Below are positions 11,513 to 19,917 of a stretch of DNA of 64,000 nt, in pieces. Source of the stretch: an uncultured Muribaculaceae bacterium (GTDB lineage Bacteria; Bacteroidota; Bacteroidia; Bacteroidales; UBA932). Made by a program: the position numbers and the translations under genes. Below the pieces are notes generated by a model. It was not told the origin of the DNA. It saw only the letters and a list, made by a program, of their open reading frames with translations, and did not search any database. How positions within the stretch are numbered: the stretch's first letter is position 1; each line of letters starts with the position of its first letter. The stretch is taken from the NCBI GenBank assembly GCA_964367735.1, contig CAYIYT010000002.1, forward strand, positions 4,958 through 68,957, given 5' to 3'.

Positions 11513-13402
11513 TTAATCCATTAATACAGGAGGAGCTAGTGGCATAAAAGTAAGAGGATTAATGCTCTTTGTGTGCATCAATACACTTTTTGAAGGCGCT
11601 TTTATAATATCCTTTTCTAAGAAAGCTTCAAATGTATAATTTAGGCCTGCTGTTTTATAAATTCTTTTAACCATAGCCTCTCGTGATGGTGCATTATAGT
11701 ATTTCTCGTTATGTAACATACAGCTAGAAACCTCGGGCTTCCAAACACCCAGAGAAAAATAAAACCCACCCACAATTGTACTAACTCTTTCATATCCAGA
11801 AATTCCTATTAAATAACTCCATTTAACATTGCTAACATCTCCTATAAGATCTACATTACTATAGTACCCATAACTTACCCACGACTTTATCACATCTTTT
11901 TCTTTTTCTGTAATCATTTTTCCCATATTTTCTGCAGAGACATATTCATCGGCCAATCTTCCAAACCCATGACCTCCTGCTTCATGATTTATTAAATTGC
12001 TAAAATGGGATTCAGGAGAAGTAGATCTACTCACCGGAGTAATCGCAATAGCTTCTCCAGTAGGCCACATCCAAGTAGTACCAGCATATCTATTTTCGTT
12101 AAGAACTAAAATAATTAAAAGATTTTTAAGCTTAGCATTATCTATTCCTGGTATTTTTTGTGCGTATTCGAAAACGACATCAAAGTTTGTAAAAAGAGAT
12201 GAACCTCCTAGAAAATCCGAATCAAATTTACTCGACTTTAAAATATTTTTATCGGATTGTTTAACTCCTCTATCTCTTGAATAAGCTGCTTGTTTATAAA
12301 CAGTAAAATAATCTCTATATGATTTATATGGCTCTATCGCAAAAAAAGCCTCTATCCCCTCGTCCATATCGGCATCGAATTGCCCTCCCTCTTCAAAATC
12401 TTCTGAAATATATCCATCTCCTACAAATAAAATTTCTGATGGTTTTATCCCCTTTGAGTGAGTCTGTGCTACTTTGTATTCTCCATCAAAATAGCTGGTT
12501 TTTGTTCCTGTCGTAAAAGTTCCCACTTGCGAATAAGCAGGAGCACCCCCCTCAATTTTTTCTGACGCAGAGACTCTCCAATAATATTTTTTATTTGCAT
12601 CTAAATAGGACGAAAGATTGAACACTGTGTCGCTCAAAGTAAAAGAGTTGTCAAAATTATTTATATCATCTGAATATTCAACTGTATAATCAAAGTCGTT
12701 TACATCGGCACCCTTTATCCCACTCCATCTAAAAGTTGGAAGTCTATTGGCATCCAAATTATTATTTTCGGGATATTTAAGTAGAGGGGGGTCGAAAGGT
12801 ACATTTAATCCTCTTTTTTGAGTTACTATTATGTTTTTAGAACTATTTGCAAAACTAATCTCTATTGAAGTATTTCTACTATTACTTATATTTTCTGCAA
12901 CATTAAAAGTAATTGTACCATTACCCTTTCCGGTTAAAGGGGTAGCAGTTATCCAAGTTTCTGTTGCCGGAATTATCACCTTCCAATCAGTATTAGAAGA
13001 GACATTAACAGATCTAGTGACTGCAGCTCTTGAAAATTCAAACTCTTCTGCGTTAACACTAAGTGCCGATACATTTTGAGATATAGTTGCCAATCTTTTA
13101 AGTTCTCTACTAAACACGCGTAGTTCTACACTCCTCTCTTCTATACTGGCATTTTCATTTGCTATTATCGTTATTTCTCCATTACCATCTCCGCTAGAGG
13201 GGCTTATAGTGCACCAAGTAGAGACTAAAGAAGCGGTCCATTTTCCATTAGCAGTAATAGAAATAGTTTGCTGAGCTTCGCTATTAGATAGTAAAATATA
13301 GGTAGTAGAAAGATCTAATTGCGCAGGTGGTTCTTTTTCGCAAGAGAATAAAAGAGATATTGTAGTAAGAAGAATTAATATTTTAACTAAACGTATATTC
13401 AT
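11513..13402 (-). CDS. Lipoprotein with two BACON domains, an Ig/Fn3-like domain and an M64-family metallopeptidase domain
   Basis: Lipobox LLFSC; BACON patterns (ITANGKWTA..W..ISPSSG.GNG; VSSNTDWKV..WIT.TP..G.GNG); M64 motifs VGDGY, EPYKSYRDYF, HEAGGHGFGRLADEY, SCM. Confidence 0.85.
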   Translation of the reverse strand: MNIRLVKILILLTTISLLFSCEKEPPAQLDLSTTYILLSNSEAQQTISITANGKWTASLVSTWCTISPSSGDGNGEITIIANENASIEERSVELRVFSRELKRLATISQNVSALSVNAEEFEFSRAAVTRSVNVSSNTDWKVIIPATETWITATPLTGKGNGTITFNVAENISNSRNTSIEISFANSSKNIIVTQKRGLNVPFDPPLLKYPENNNLDANRLPTFRWSGIKGADVNDFDYTVEYSDDINNFDNSFTLSDTVFNLSSYLDANKKYYWRVSASEKIEGGAPAYSQVGTFTTGTKTSYFDGEYKVAQTHSKGIKPSEILFVGDGYISEDFEEGGQFDADMDEGIEAFFAIEPYKSYRDYFTVYKQAAYSRDRGVKQSDKNILKSSKFDSDFLGGSSLFTNFDVVFEYAQKIPGIDNAKLKNLLIILVLNENRYAGTTWMWPTGEAIAITPVSRSTSPESHFSNLINHEAGGHGFGRLADEYVSAENMGKMITEKEKDVIKSWVSYGYYSNVDLIGDVSNVKWSYLIGISGYERVSTIVGGFYFSLGVWKPEVSSCMLHNEKYYNAPSREAMVKRIYKTAGLNYTFEAFLEKDIIKAPSKSVLMHTKSINPLTFMPLAPPVLMD

Positions 13403-13442
13403 TATAATTTAATAATAGTTAATATGTATTATGAAAAGTATA

Positions 13443-13450
13443 CAAATGTA
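13443..13450 (-). promoter_or_regulatory. -7 box for the M64 peptidase gene
   Basis: TACATTTG on the minus strand, immediately after the gdhA terminator. Confidence 0.6.
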
Positions 13451-13451
13451 T

Positions 13452-13485
13452 AAAAAAAAAGAGGCACCATAAAATGGCACCTCTT
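13452..13485 (-). terminator. Intrinsic terminator after gdhA
   Basis: Minus strand GAGGTGCCAT-ttt-ATGGTGCCTC (two G-U pairs) followed by 9 T. Confidence 0.85.
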
Positions 13486-13532
13486 ATTAACAGTTACTCA
13501 CTTTAAAAGTTGAGTAATTCTTTTAATCTGAT

Positions 13533-14870
13533 TTAGCAAAGACCTTGTTCAAGGGTAGCTCTAGCAACTTTCATAAATCCAGCAATGTTTGCTCCATTTA
13601 CATAGTTGATATAACCATCTTCTTGTTTACCAAACTTAACACACTGCTCATGAATATTTTCCATAATTTGTTTAAGTTTAGCATCTACCTCTAGGGCAGT
13701 CCAGCTAATATGCATAGCATTCTGAGTCATCTCAAGACCAGAAACTGCAACACCACCAGCATTAACTGCTTTACCTGGAGCAAATAGAAGTTTAGCTTTT
13801 TGGAATTCTGCAATAGCTTCTGGAGTACAACCCATATTAGAAATCTCTGCAACTGCAGTTACTCCGTTCTTAATAAGCTCTTTAGCGTCGTCGCCATTTA
13901 ACTCATTTTGGAATGCACTTGGAAGAGCTATATCTACCTTAACGCTCCAAGATTTCTTACCTGCAACAAATTTAGATCCAGGGAATTTATCGGCGTAAGG
14001 AGCAACAACGTCGTTATTAGTTGCGCGAAGTTCTGTCATATATGCAATTTTCTCTGCATCCATTCCTGCTTCATCAATAATAACTCCATCAGGACCAGAA
14101 AGTGCGATTACTTTAGCTCCAAGTTCTGTAGCTTTCATAGCAGCTCCCCAAGCAACGTTACCAAAGCCAGAAACAGCTACTGTTTTACCTTTAATATCTA
14201 TGCCTCTAGTTGCAAGCATGTGTGAAAGAAAGTAAACTCCACCAAAGCCAGTTGCTTCAGGACGAACAAGAGAACCTCCCCAAGTAGCACCTTTTCCAGT
14301 AAGAACTCCTGTGTTTTCGCGGGCTAATTTCTTATACCAGCCATACATGTAACCTACTTCACGAGCGCCAACACCTATATCACCAGCTGGAACGTCTGTA
14401 TCTGGGCCTAATTGACGCCAAATCTCTGTCATGAAAGCTTGGCAAAAACGCATAATTTCTGAATCAGATTTACCTTTAGCATTAAAGTCTGAACCACCTT
14501 TACCACCACCCATAGGAAGTGTTGTAAGTGCATTCTTAAATGTTTGTTCAAAACCCAAAAATTTAAGAATAGAAGGGGTAACAGAAGGGTGAAAACGGAA
14601 TCCACCTTTGTATGGGCCTATTGCATTATTAAACTGAACTCTGTAACCAAGGTTGGTATGAACCTCACCTTTATCGTCTTGCCAAGTAACTCTAAAAGTA
14701 AAAATACGATCGGGTTCTACAATCCTTTCAATAATTTTTGCTTTTTCAAATTCTGGGTGTTGATTGTAAATTGGTTCAATCGACTCTAGTACCTCATGTA
14801 CTGCTTGTAAATACTCTTTTTCATGACCATATTTCCTCTCAAGGTCGGCCATAATTTCGGCTACTTTCAT
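13533..14870 (-). CDS. gdhA: NAD(P)-specific glutamate dehydrogenase
   Basis: GPYKGGFRFHPSV, GGGKGGSDF, DVPAGDIGVG, RPEATGFG, GFGNV. Confidence 0.97.
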   Translation of the reverse strand: MKVAEIMADLERKYGHEKEYLQAVHEVLESIEPIYNQHPEFEKAKIIERIVEPDRIFTFRVTWQDDKGEVHTNLGYRVQFNNAIGPYKGGFRFHPSVTPSILKFLGFEQTFKNALTTLPMGGGKGGSDFNAKGKSDSEIMRFCQAFMTEIWRQLGPDTDVPAGDIGVGAREVGYMYGWYKKLARENTGVLTGKGATWGGSLVRPEATGFGGVYFLSHMLATRGIDIKGKTVAVSGFGNVAWGAAMKATELGAKVIALSGPDGVIIDEAGMDAEKIAYMTELRATNNDVVAPYADKFPGSKFVAGKKSWSVKVDIALPSAFQNELNGDDAKELIKNGVTAVAEISNMGCTPEAIAEFQKAKLLFAPGKAVNAGGVAVSGLEMTQNAMHISWTALEVDAKLKQIMENIHEQCVKFGKQEDGYINYVNGANIAGFMKVARATLEQGLC

Positions 14871-14912
14871 AATGATAAAAAATTTATAATGTTTGGTATG
14901 TTAATATATACT

Positions 14913-15929
14913 CTATTTTACTTCCCAAGTTGCACCACTGTGCAAAAGTTCATCTACGTTGCGAATTTGGGCGTGCTCCATTGCATCTATTACTTGATCG
15001 CGAACGTTATCGTCATATGTTTTATCCTTAACAGCTCTAATTACTCCCAATGCTACGGGTAGTTCTGGATACTTCATATCTATAAGTAATGAGTGAATTC
15101 CAGGTTTTTCTGTATGAGCATCGTGAATTAATAGGTCGCTCTCTTTAATCCCATTTTCTCCAATTACTACAGATTTGATAGTAAAACCATCTAAGATAAG
15201 TCCTTTATCTCGCTCTTTACCATAAATCATTGGTTCTCCATGCTTAAGAACTATTGTTCTATCTGCACGAACATCTTTATCTGTTACTAAAGAGTGAGTT
15301 CTGTCGTTAAAAATAACACAGTTTACTAGCATCTCTACAACAGAGGTACCATCATGCTGAGCAGATTGAACCATTATCTCTTGAGTGAGTTTAAGTTCAA
15401 CATCTACACTACGAGCAAAGAAAGTTCCTCTAGCTCCTAACACCAACGCTCCTGGGTTGAACGGATGCTCAACAGTACCATAAGGAGAGGTTTTGGTTAC
15501 CATACCAAGTTTAGAAGTAGGAGAATATTGCCCTTTGGTAAGGCCATATATCTGGTTATTGAATAAAATTATATTTACGTCTATATTTCTTCTTATTGCA
15601 TGAATAAAGTGATTACCACCAATTGCAAGAGCATCGCCATCGCCAGTTATTTGCCATACTGTAAGAGTTGGATTTGCCACTTTTATTCCTGTTGCAATTG
15701 CAGAGGCTCTTCCATGAATTCCATGGAATCCATATGTATCCATATAGTAGGGGAAACGAGAAGAACATCCGATACCCGAAACAAATACAAATCTCTCTTT
15801 TGTATAGTTGAGAGATTCGCAAACCTCGGGCATAGCCCTCTGAACACTTGCCAAAATGGCATGATCGCCACATCCTGGGCACCATTTTACTTCTTGGCTA
15901 CTTTTAAAATCTTGTGGAGTGTATTTCAT
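14913..15929 (-). CDS. korB: 2-oxoacid:ferredoxin oxidoreductase beta subunit
   Basis: WCPGCGD, GIGCSSR, TPP-binding GDGD..IGGNH, YGLTKGQYSPT. Confidence 0.93.
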   Translation of the reverse strand: MKYTPQDFKSSQEVKWCPGCGDHAILASVQRAMPEVCESLNYTKERFVFVSGIGCSSRFPYYMDTYGFHGIHGRASAIATGIKVANPTLTVWQITGDGDALAIGGNHFIHAIRRNIDVNIILFNNQIYGLTKGQYSPTSKLGMVTKTSPYGTVEHPFNPGALVLGARGTFFARSVDVELKLTQEIMVQSAQHDGTSVVEMLVNCVIFNDRTHSLVTDKDVRADRTIVLKHGEPMIYGKERDKGLILDGFTIKSVVIGENGIKESDLLIHDAHTEKPGIHSLLIDMKYPELPVALGVIRAVKDKTYDDNVRDQVIDAMEHAQIRNVDELLHSGATWEVK

Positions 15930-15952
15930 ATCCTTAGAATTTTCGAGGGTTA

Positions 15953-17788
15953 TTATAAAATTTCATTTACAGCGTCTACTATCTCTTTCACGATAAAAGG
16001 CTGACCTTGAATTTTATTATATTGATGATATTTATATTGACAATGTTGCGCCTTTAAATAATTGGCAAATTGACCGCTATTTAGTTCGCAAACAATTATT
16101 TTTTGGAATTTTGAGAATATCTCACAACTATTTTTTGGAAGAGGGAAAATATAATCAAAATGGCAAAGGCTAACTTTTTTACCCTCGCTTTGAAGTTCTT
16201 TAACAGCTGTATAAAGATGTCCAAAAGTACCACCCCATCCAACTACTAAGACATCACCACTAGTTTCTCCAATAACTTCTTGGTTTGGAATATAATTGGC
16301 CATTCTAGCTACTTTTTCTGCTCTTGCAGCTACCATCATTTCATGATTAAGAGGGTCTGATGAAACTCCACCTTGAGGTGTTTTTTCAAGACCTCCTACC
16401 CTATGTTCAAGACCCTTTGTTCCAGGAAGAGCCCAGCGTCTTGCAAGCTTTTCCTCATCACGCTTATAAGGCCAAAAAGGAGATTCCGGAACTTCAGTAA
16501 CTATTGGTGGATGAATCTCTGGATAATCTTTCATAGAAGGAATTTTCCATGGTTCAGATCCATTCCCAAGGAAGCCCTCTGTTAATAACAGTACTGGCAT
16601 CATATGCTCAAGTGCAAATTTTGCTGAATAAAAAGCGGCATCGAAACAGTGAGATGGAGAACGAGCAGCAATAACTGCTACTGGGCACTCTCCGTTCCTT
16701 CCATATAATGCTTGATTAAGGTCGGTTTGTTCAGTTTTTGTAGGGATACCAGTAGAAGGACCTCCTCTCTGAACATTTATCACAACAAGAGGTAACTCTG
16801 TTATCATAGCAAGACCTAAAGCCTCCGATTTTAATGAAAGCCCAGGGCCAGAGGTTGTTGTTACTGCTAAATTGCCTGCATAAGCTGCTCCTATAGAAGT
16901 ACATATACCTGCTATCTCATCTTCGCACTGGAGTGTTTTAACGTTTAAGTCCTTTCTTAGTGCAAGCTCCTCTAAAATGCTTGTTGCAGGTGTTATAGGA
17001 TATGAGCCACAAAAAAGAGGTAGCCCAGATTTTTCTGCAGCAGCCAAAAGCCCCCAAGCAGTTGCCTGATTACCGTTAATATATCTATATGTTCCTTTTG
17101 CTTGTTTCGCCGGGACTACATTATAAGTATTAGGTATTGCATGAACATTTCCCGCATAATTAAAACCATCGTTCAGAACTTTTTTATTAGCTGCTGCAAT
17201 TTCTGGTTTTTTCCTAAACTTAGAATCTAGGTACTCTTCGGTAGTGTCCATTGGTCTGTTGAACATATAAAAACAGATACCAAGTGTAAATATGTTTTTA
17301 GATCTAACGATAAGCTTAGGATCTAAGCCACTATCCTTAAGGCTCTCTTTGGTAAGAGTTGTAATTGGAGCAAAAATAATATGCCTATCTTGAATGTTAA
17401 GCTCTTTAATAGGATCGTCTGTTTTAAACCCAGCTTTTAGAATACCTTTCTCGTTAAAAGTATCTGAGTCAAGAATAATTGTTCCTGTGGGTTTTGCCCA
17501 CTTTATATTAGATTTGAGAGCAGCAGGATTCATTGCAACCAATACATCGCAAAAATCTCCTGGAGTACGAACTTCTCCACTTCCAATATTAACTTGAAAA
17601 CCAGAAACTCCAGAAACAGTTCCTTGGGGTGCGCGTATCTCTGCAGGGTAGTCTGGGAATGTAGAGATGTCGTTACCAAAAAGGGCCGATGCATCTGCGA
17701 AAAGAGTTCCAGTAAGTTGCATACCGTCTCCTGAGTCACCTGTAAATCTAATTACAACTTCTTTAGCGTCAATAACTTTGTGTTGCAT
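15953..17788 (-). CDS. korA: 2-oxoacid:ferredoxin oxidoreductase alpha subunit (gamma-alpha fusion)
   Basis: GDSGDGMQL, YPAEIRAP, YPITPA, EDEIAG, TSGPG, QRGGPSTG. Confidence 0.93.
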   Translation of the reverse strand: MQHKVIDAKEVVIRFTGDSGDGMQLTGTLFADASALFGNDISTFPDYPAEIRAPQGTVSGVSGFQVNIGSGEVRTPGDFCDVLVAMNPAALKSNIKWAKPTGTIILDSDTFNEKGILKAGFKTDDPIKELNIQDRHIIFAPITTLTKESLKDSGLDPKLIVRSKNIFTLGICFYMFNRPMDTTEEYLDSKFRKKPEIAAANKKVLNDGFNYAGNVHAIPNTYNVVPAKQAKGTYRYINGNQATAWGLLAAAEKSGLPLFCGSYPITPATSILEELALRKDLNVKTLQCEDEIAGICTSIGAAYAGNLAVTTTSGPGLSLKSEALGLAMITELPLVVINVQRGGPSTGIPTKTEQTDLNQALYGRNGECPVAVIAARSPSHCFDAAFYSAKFALEHMMPVLLLTEGFLGNGSEPWKIPSMKDYPEIHPPIVTEVPESPFWPYKRDEEKLARRWALPGTKGLEHRVGGLEKTPQGGVSSDPLNHEMMVAARAEKVARMANYIPNQEVIGETSGDVLVVGWGGTFGHLYTAVKELQSEGKKVSLCHFDYIFPLPKNSCEIFSKFQKIIVCELNSGQFANYLKAQHCQYKYHQYNKIQGQPFIVKEIVDAVNEIL

Positions 17789-17841
17789 ACAGTTTCGTTT
17801 GTTTTAGCTGAGTGCTATTTTTAAATATGAAAAATAATCTA

Positions 17842-17849
17842 CAAATGTA
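17842..17849 (-). promoter_or_regulatory. -7 box of the korA-korB-gdhA operon
   Basis: TACATTTG on the minus strand, about 50 bp upstream of korA. Confidence 0.6.
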
Positions 17850-18082
17850 GTTAATAATCTAACTCGAAAAAGCATTTGTGAATAAATTTAAGATTAATAT
17901 CAAATAGTGCTATTTAATGCAAAAAATTAAGAATATTACATGTCATAGCTTATACATTATCAAATATACTGCCATTAATGCATATTACCAAGAGCATTTT
18001 GATAATTTATATAAAATAGTCGATTTATTAAACATATCACAAACTAATTGTGTTATAACTGTTGGCTTAGCTTATATATTTA

Positions 18083-18090
18083 TATATTTG
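18083..18090 (+). promoter_or_regulatory. -7 box for the gamma-CA/TlpA genes
   Basis: TATATTTG 16 nt before the ATG. Confidence 0.6.
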
Positions 18091-18106
18091 TACTAATTTA
18101 AGGAAA

Positions 18107-18661
18107 ATGGCAATTATTAGAAAATTAAACGGAATAACACCGAAAATAGGAAAAAACTGCTTTATTGCAGAGAATGCAGCAATTATAGGAGATGTAATTA
18201 TAGGGGACGATTGTAGTATTTGGTATGGAGCTGTTCTTAGAGGAGATGTAAACCCTATAAGAGTTGGTAATAGAGTAAATATTCAAGATGGCGCTGTACT
18301 TCACACCCTCCACAAAAAATCCATTGCACAAGTAGGAGACGATGTCTCTGTTGGTCACAACGCGATTATCCATGGAGCAAAAGTGGGAAATAAGGTGTTA
18401 GTGGGTATGGGTGCAATTTTAATGGACAATGCTGTTATCCCAGACAATACAATTATAGCTGCAGGAGCTGTTGTATTGAGTAACCAGGTTTTAGAACCGG
18501 GAGTTTACGCAGGTATACCTGCAAAAAAAGTAAAAGAAGGTTCTGCACAAATTGGCGAATCTGCCCATAAAAATGCACAAGGATATATGATGTATAAAGA
18601 GTGGTTCCTCAAAGATTATGAAGAGGCACAGCTATCGGATGTTTTTGGCGAAACAGAATAA
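18107..18661 (+). CDS. Gamma-carbonic anhydrase family (hexapeptide repeat) protein
   Basis: IIGDV.IG, VLRGDVN.I.VG, NIQDG..LH, VGHNAIIHG. Confidence 0.93.
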   Translation: MAIIRKLNGITPKIGKNCFIAENAAIIGDVIIGDDCSIWYGAVLRGDVNPIRVGNRVNIQDGAVLHTLHKKSIAQVGDDVSVGHNAIIHGAKVGNKVLVGMGAILMDNAVIPDNTIIAAGAVVLSNQVLEPGVYAGIPAKKVKEGSAQIGESAHKNAQGYMMYKEWFLKDYEEAQLSDVFGETE

Positions 18662-18694
18662 ACAGAACAATTAACCAAATAATTAGAAACAGAA

Positions 18695-19804
18695 ATGAAA
18701 AAAATTTTACTACTGGCTATTGCTGCAATTTTATTTGCCTGCACGCCAAAACATGATGGCTACACTATCACCGGAACAATTTCTGGCGAAGGAATTAGCG
18801 AAGGAAAAGCCTATTTATCAGATTTTCAAAGAGTTGATCCAATTAGAGACACTGTAGATTTTAAAGATGGCAAATTTGTCTTTACTGGAAAGATTGTAAC
18901 TCCAGATAACTATTCAATTACCATAGAAGGTATAAATGGTAGCATTTTACTATTTCTTGACAACTCAAACATTAAAATTAATGCCGAAGTGGGTAATTTT
19001 GAGAAAGCAGAAATTATTGGAGGAGTTACTAACGATTTACTGGCAACCTTATTAGCTAGTAGAAAAGAGATTGTAACAAAAAACAATCTTGACACTCTAA
19101 TTGCCGAATTTTATAATAAAGAGACAACTCCAGAAAGACAAAATGAGATTATGGAAATCTACGAAGGAGTTCAAAAAGAGATAATAGCAATTGATAACGA
19201 TTTTTTAGCTGCAAATCCAACTTCTTTTTATTCAATTACACAATTAATGCAAAAAGCAGAAGAGTCTCCAATAGAAGAGATGGAAGCGAAAATTGCACAA
19301 TTTGAAGCTCTTCCTCAATTTGTTGGTAACCGTTATTTAAATGACCTTAAGGAAGCTGTAAATACTATTAAAGCACTTCAACCAGGAATGCAAGCTCCTG
19401 AGTTTACTCTTAATGACCCAGAAGGAAATCCTGTATCGCTATCTAGCGTATATTCTCAAAATAAAATCACTATGATAGATTTTTGGGCTGGCTGGTGTAA
19501 CCCATGTCGTAATTTTAACCCACACTTATTAGAAATTTATAAGAAACTCAATAAAGAGGGCTTTGGAATTCTTGGTGTTTCTCTAGACAGAGAAGAAGAA
19601 TCTTGGAAAAATGCTATAAAAGACGACAAACTTCCTTGGACTCAAGTTTCAGAACTTAAATTTTGGAACAGCATCCCAGTAAAAGAGTACTATGTAAAAT
19701 CTATTCCAGCTAATATTTTTGTAGATCAAGAAGGTAAAATTATCAAAAGAAAAGTTGAGCGCGACAATATTGAACCATTCATAAGAGAATATTTAGGGCT
19801 ATAA
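18695..19804 (+). CDS. TlpA/AhpC-TSA family thiol-disulfide oxidoreductase lipoprotein with DUF4369-like N-domain
   Basis: Lipobox LFAC; APEFTL, IDFWAGWCNPC, GVSLD, IP.N..VD. Confidence 0.9.
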   Translation: MKKILLLAIAAILFACTPKHDGYTITGTISGEGISEGKAYLSDFQRVDPIRDTVDFKDGKFVFTGKIVTPDNYSITIEGINGSILLFLDNSNIKINAEVGNFEKAEIIGGVTNDLLATLLASRKEIVTKNNLDTLIAEFYNKETTPERQNEIMEIYEGVQKEIIAIDNDFLAANPTSFYSITQLMQKAEESPIEEMEAKIAQFEALPQFVGNRYLNDLKEAVNTIKALQPGMQAPEFTLNDPEGNPVSLSSVYSQNKITMIDFWAGWCNPCRNFNPHLLEIYKKLNKEGFGILGVSLDREEESWKNAIKDDKLPWTQVSELKFWNSIPVKEYYVKSIPANIFVDQEGKIIKRKVERDNIEPFIREYLGL

Positions 19805-19858
19805 AAAATAGTTAAGAATATAATTACTTGATTGTTAATTATTATTCTTTGATAAAGG

Positions 19859-19896
19859 AAAAGAGGCTGTCTAGTAAATAGACAGCCTCTTTTTTT
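19859..19896. terminator. Bidirectional intrinsic terminator between tlpA and hppA
   Basis: AAAAGAGGCTGTCTA-gtaaa-TAGACAGCCTCTTTTTTT. Confidence 0.92.
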
Positions 19897-19917
19897 ATCT
19901 AATTTTTTATAATCTAA

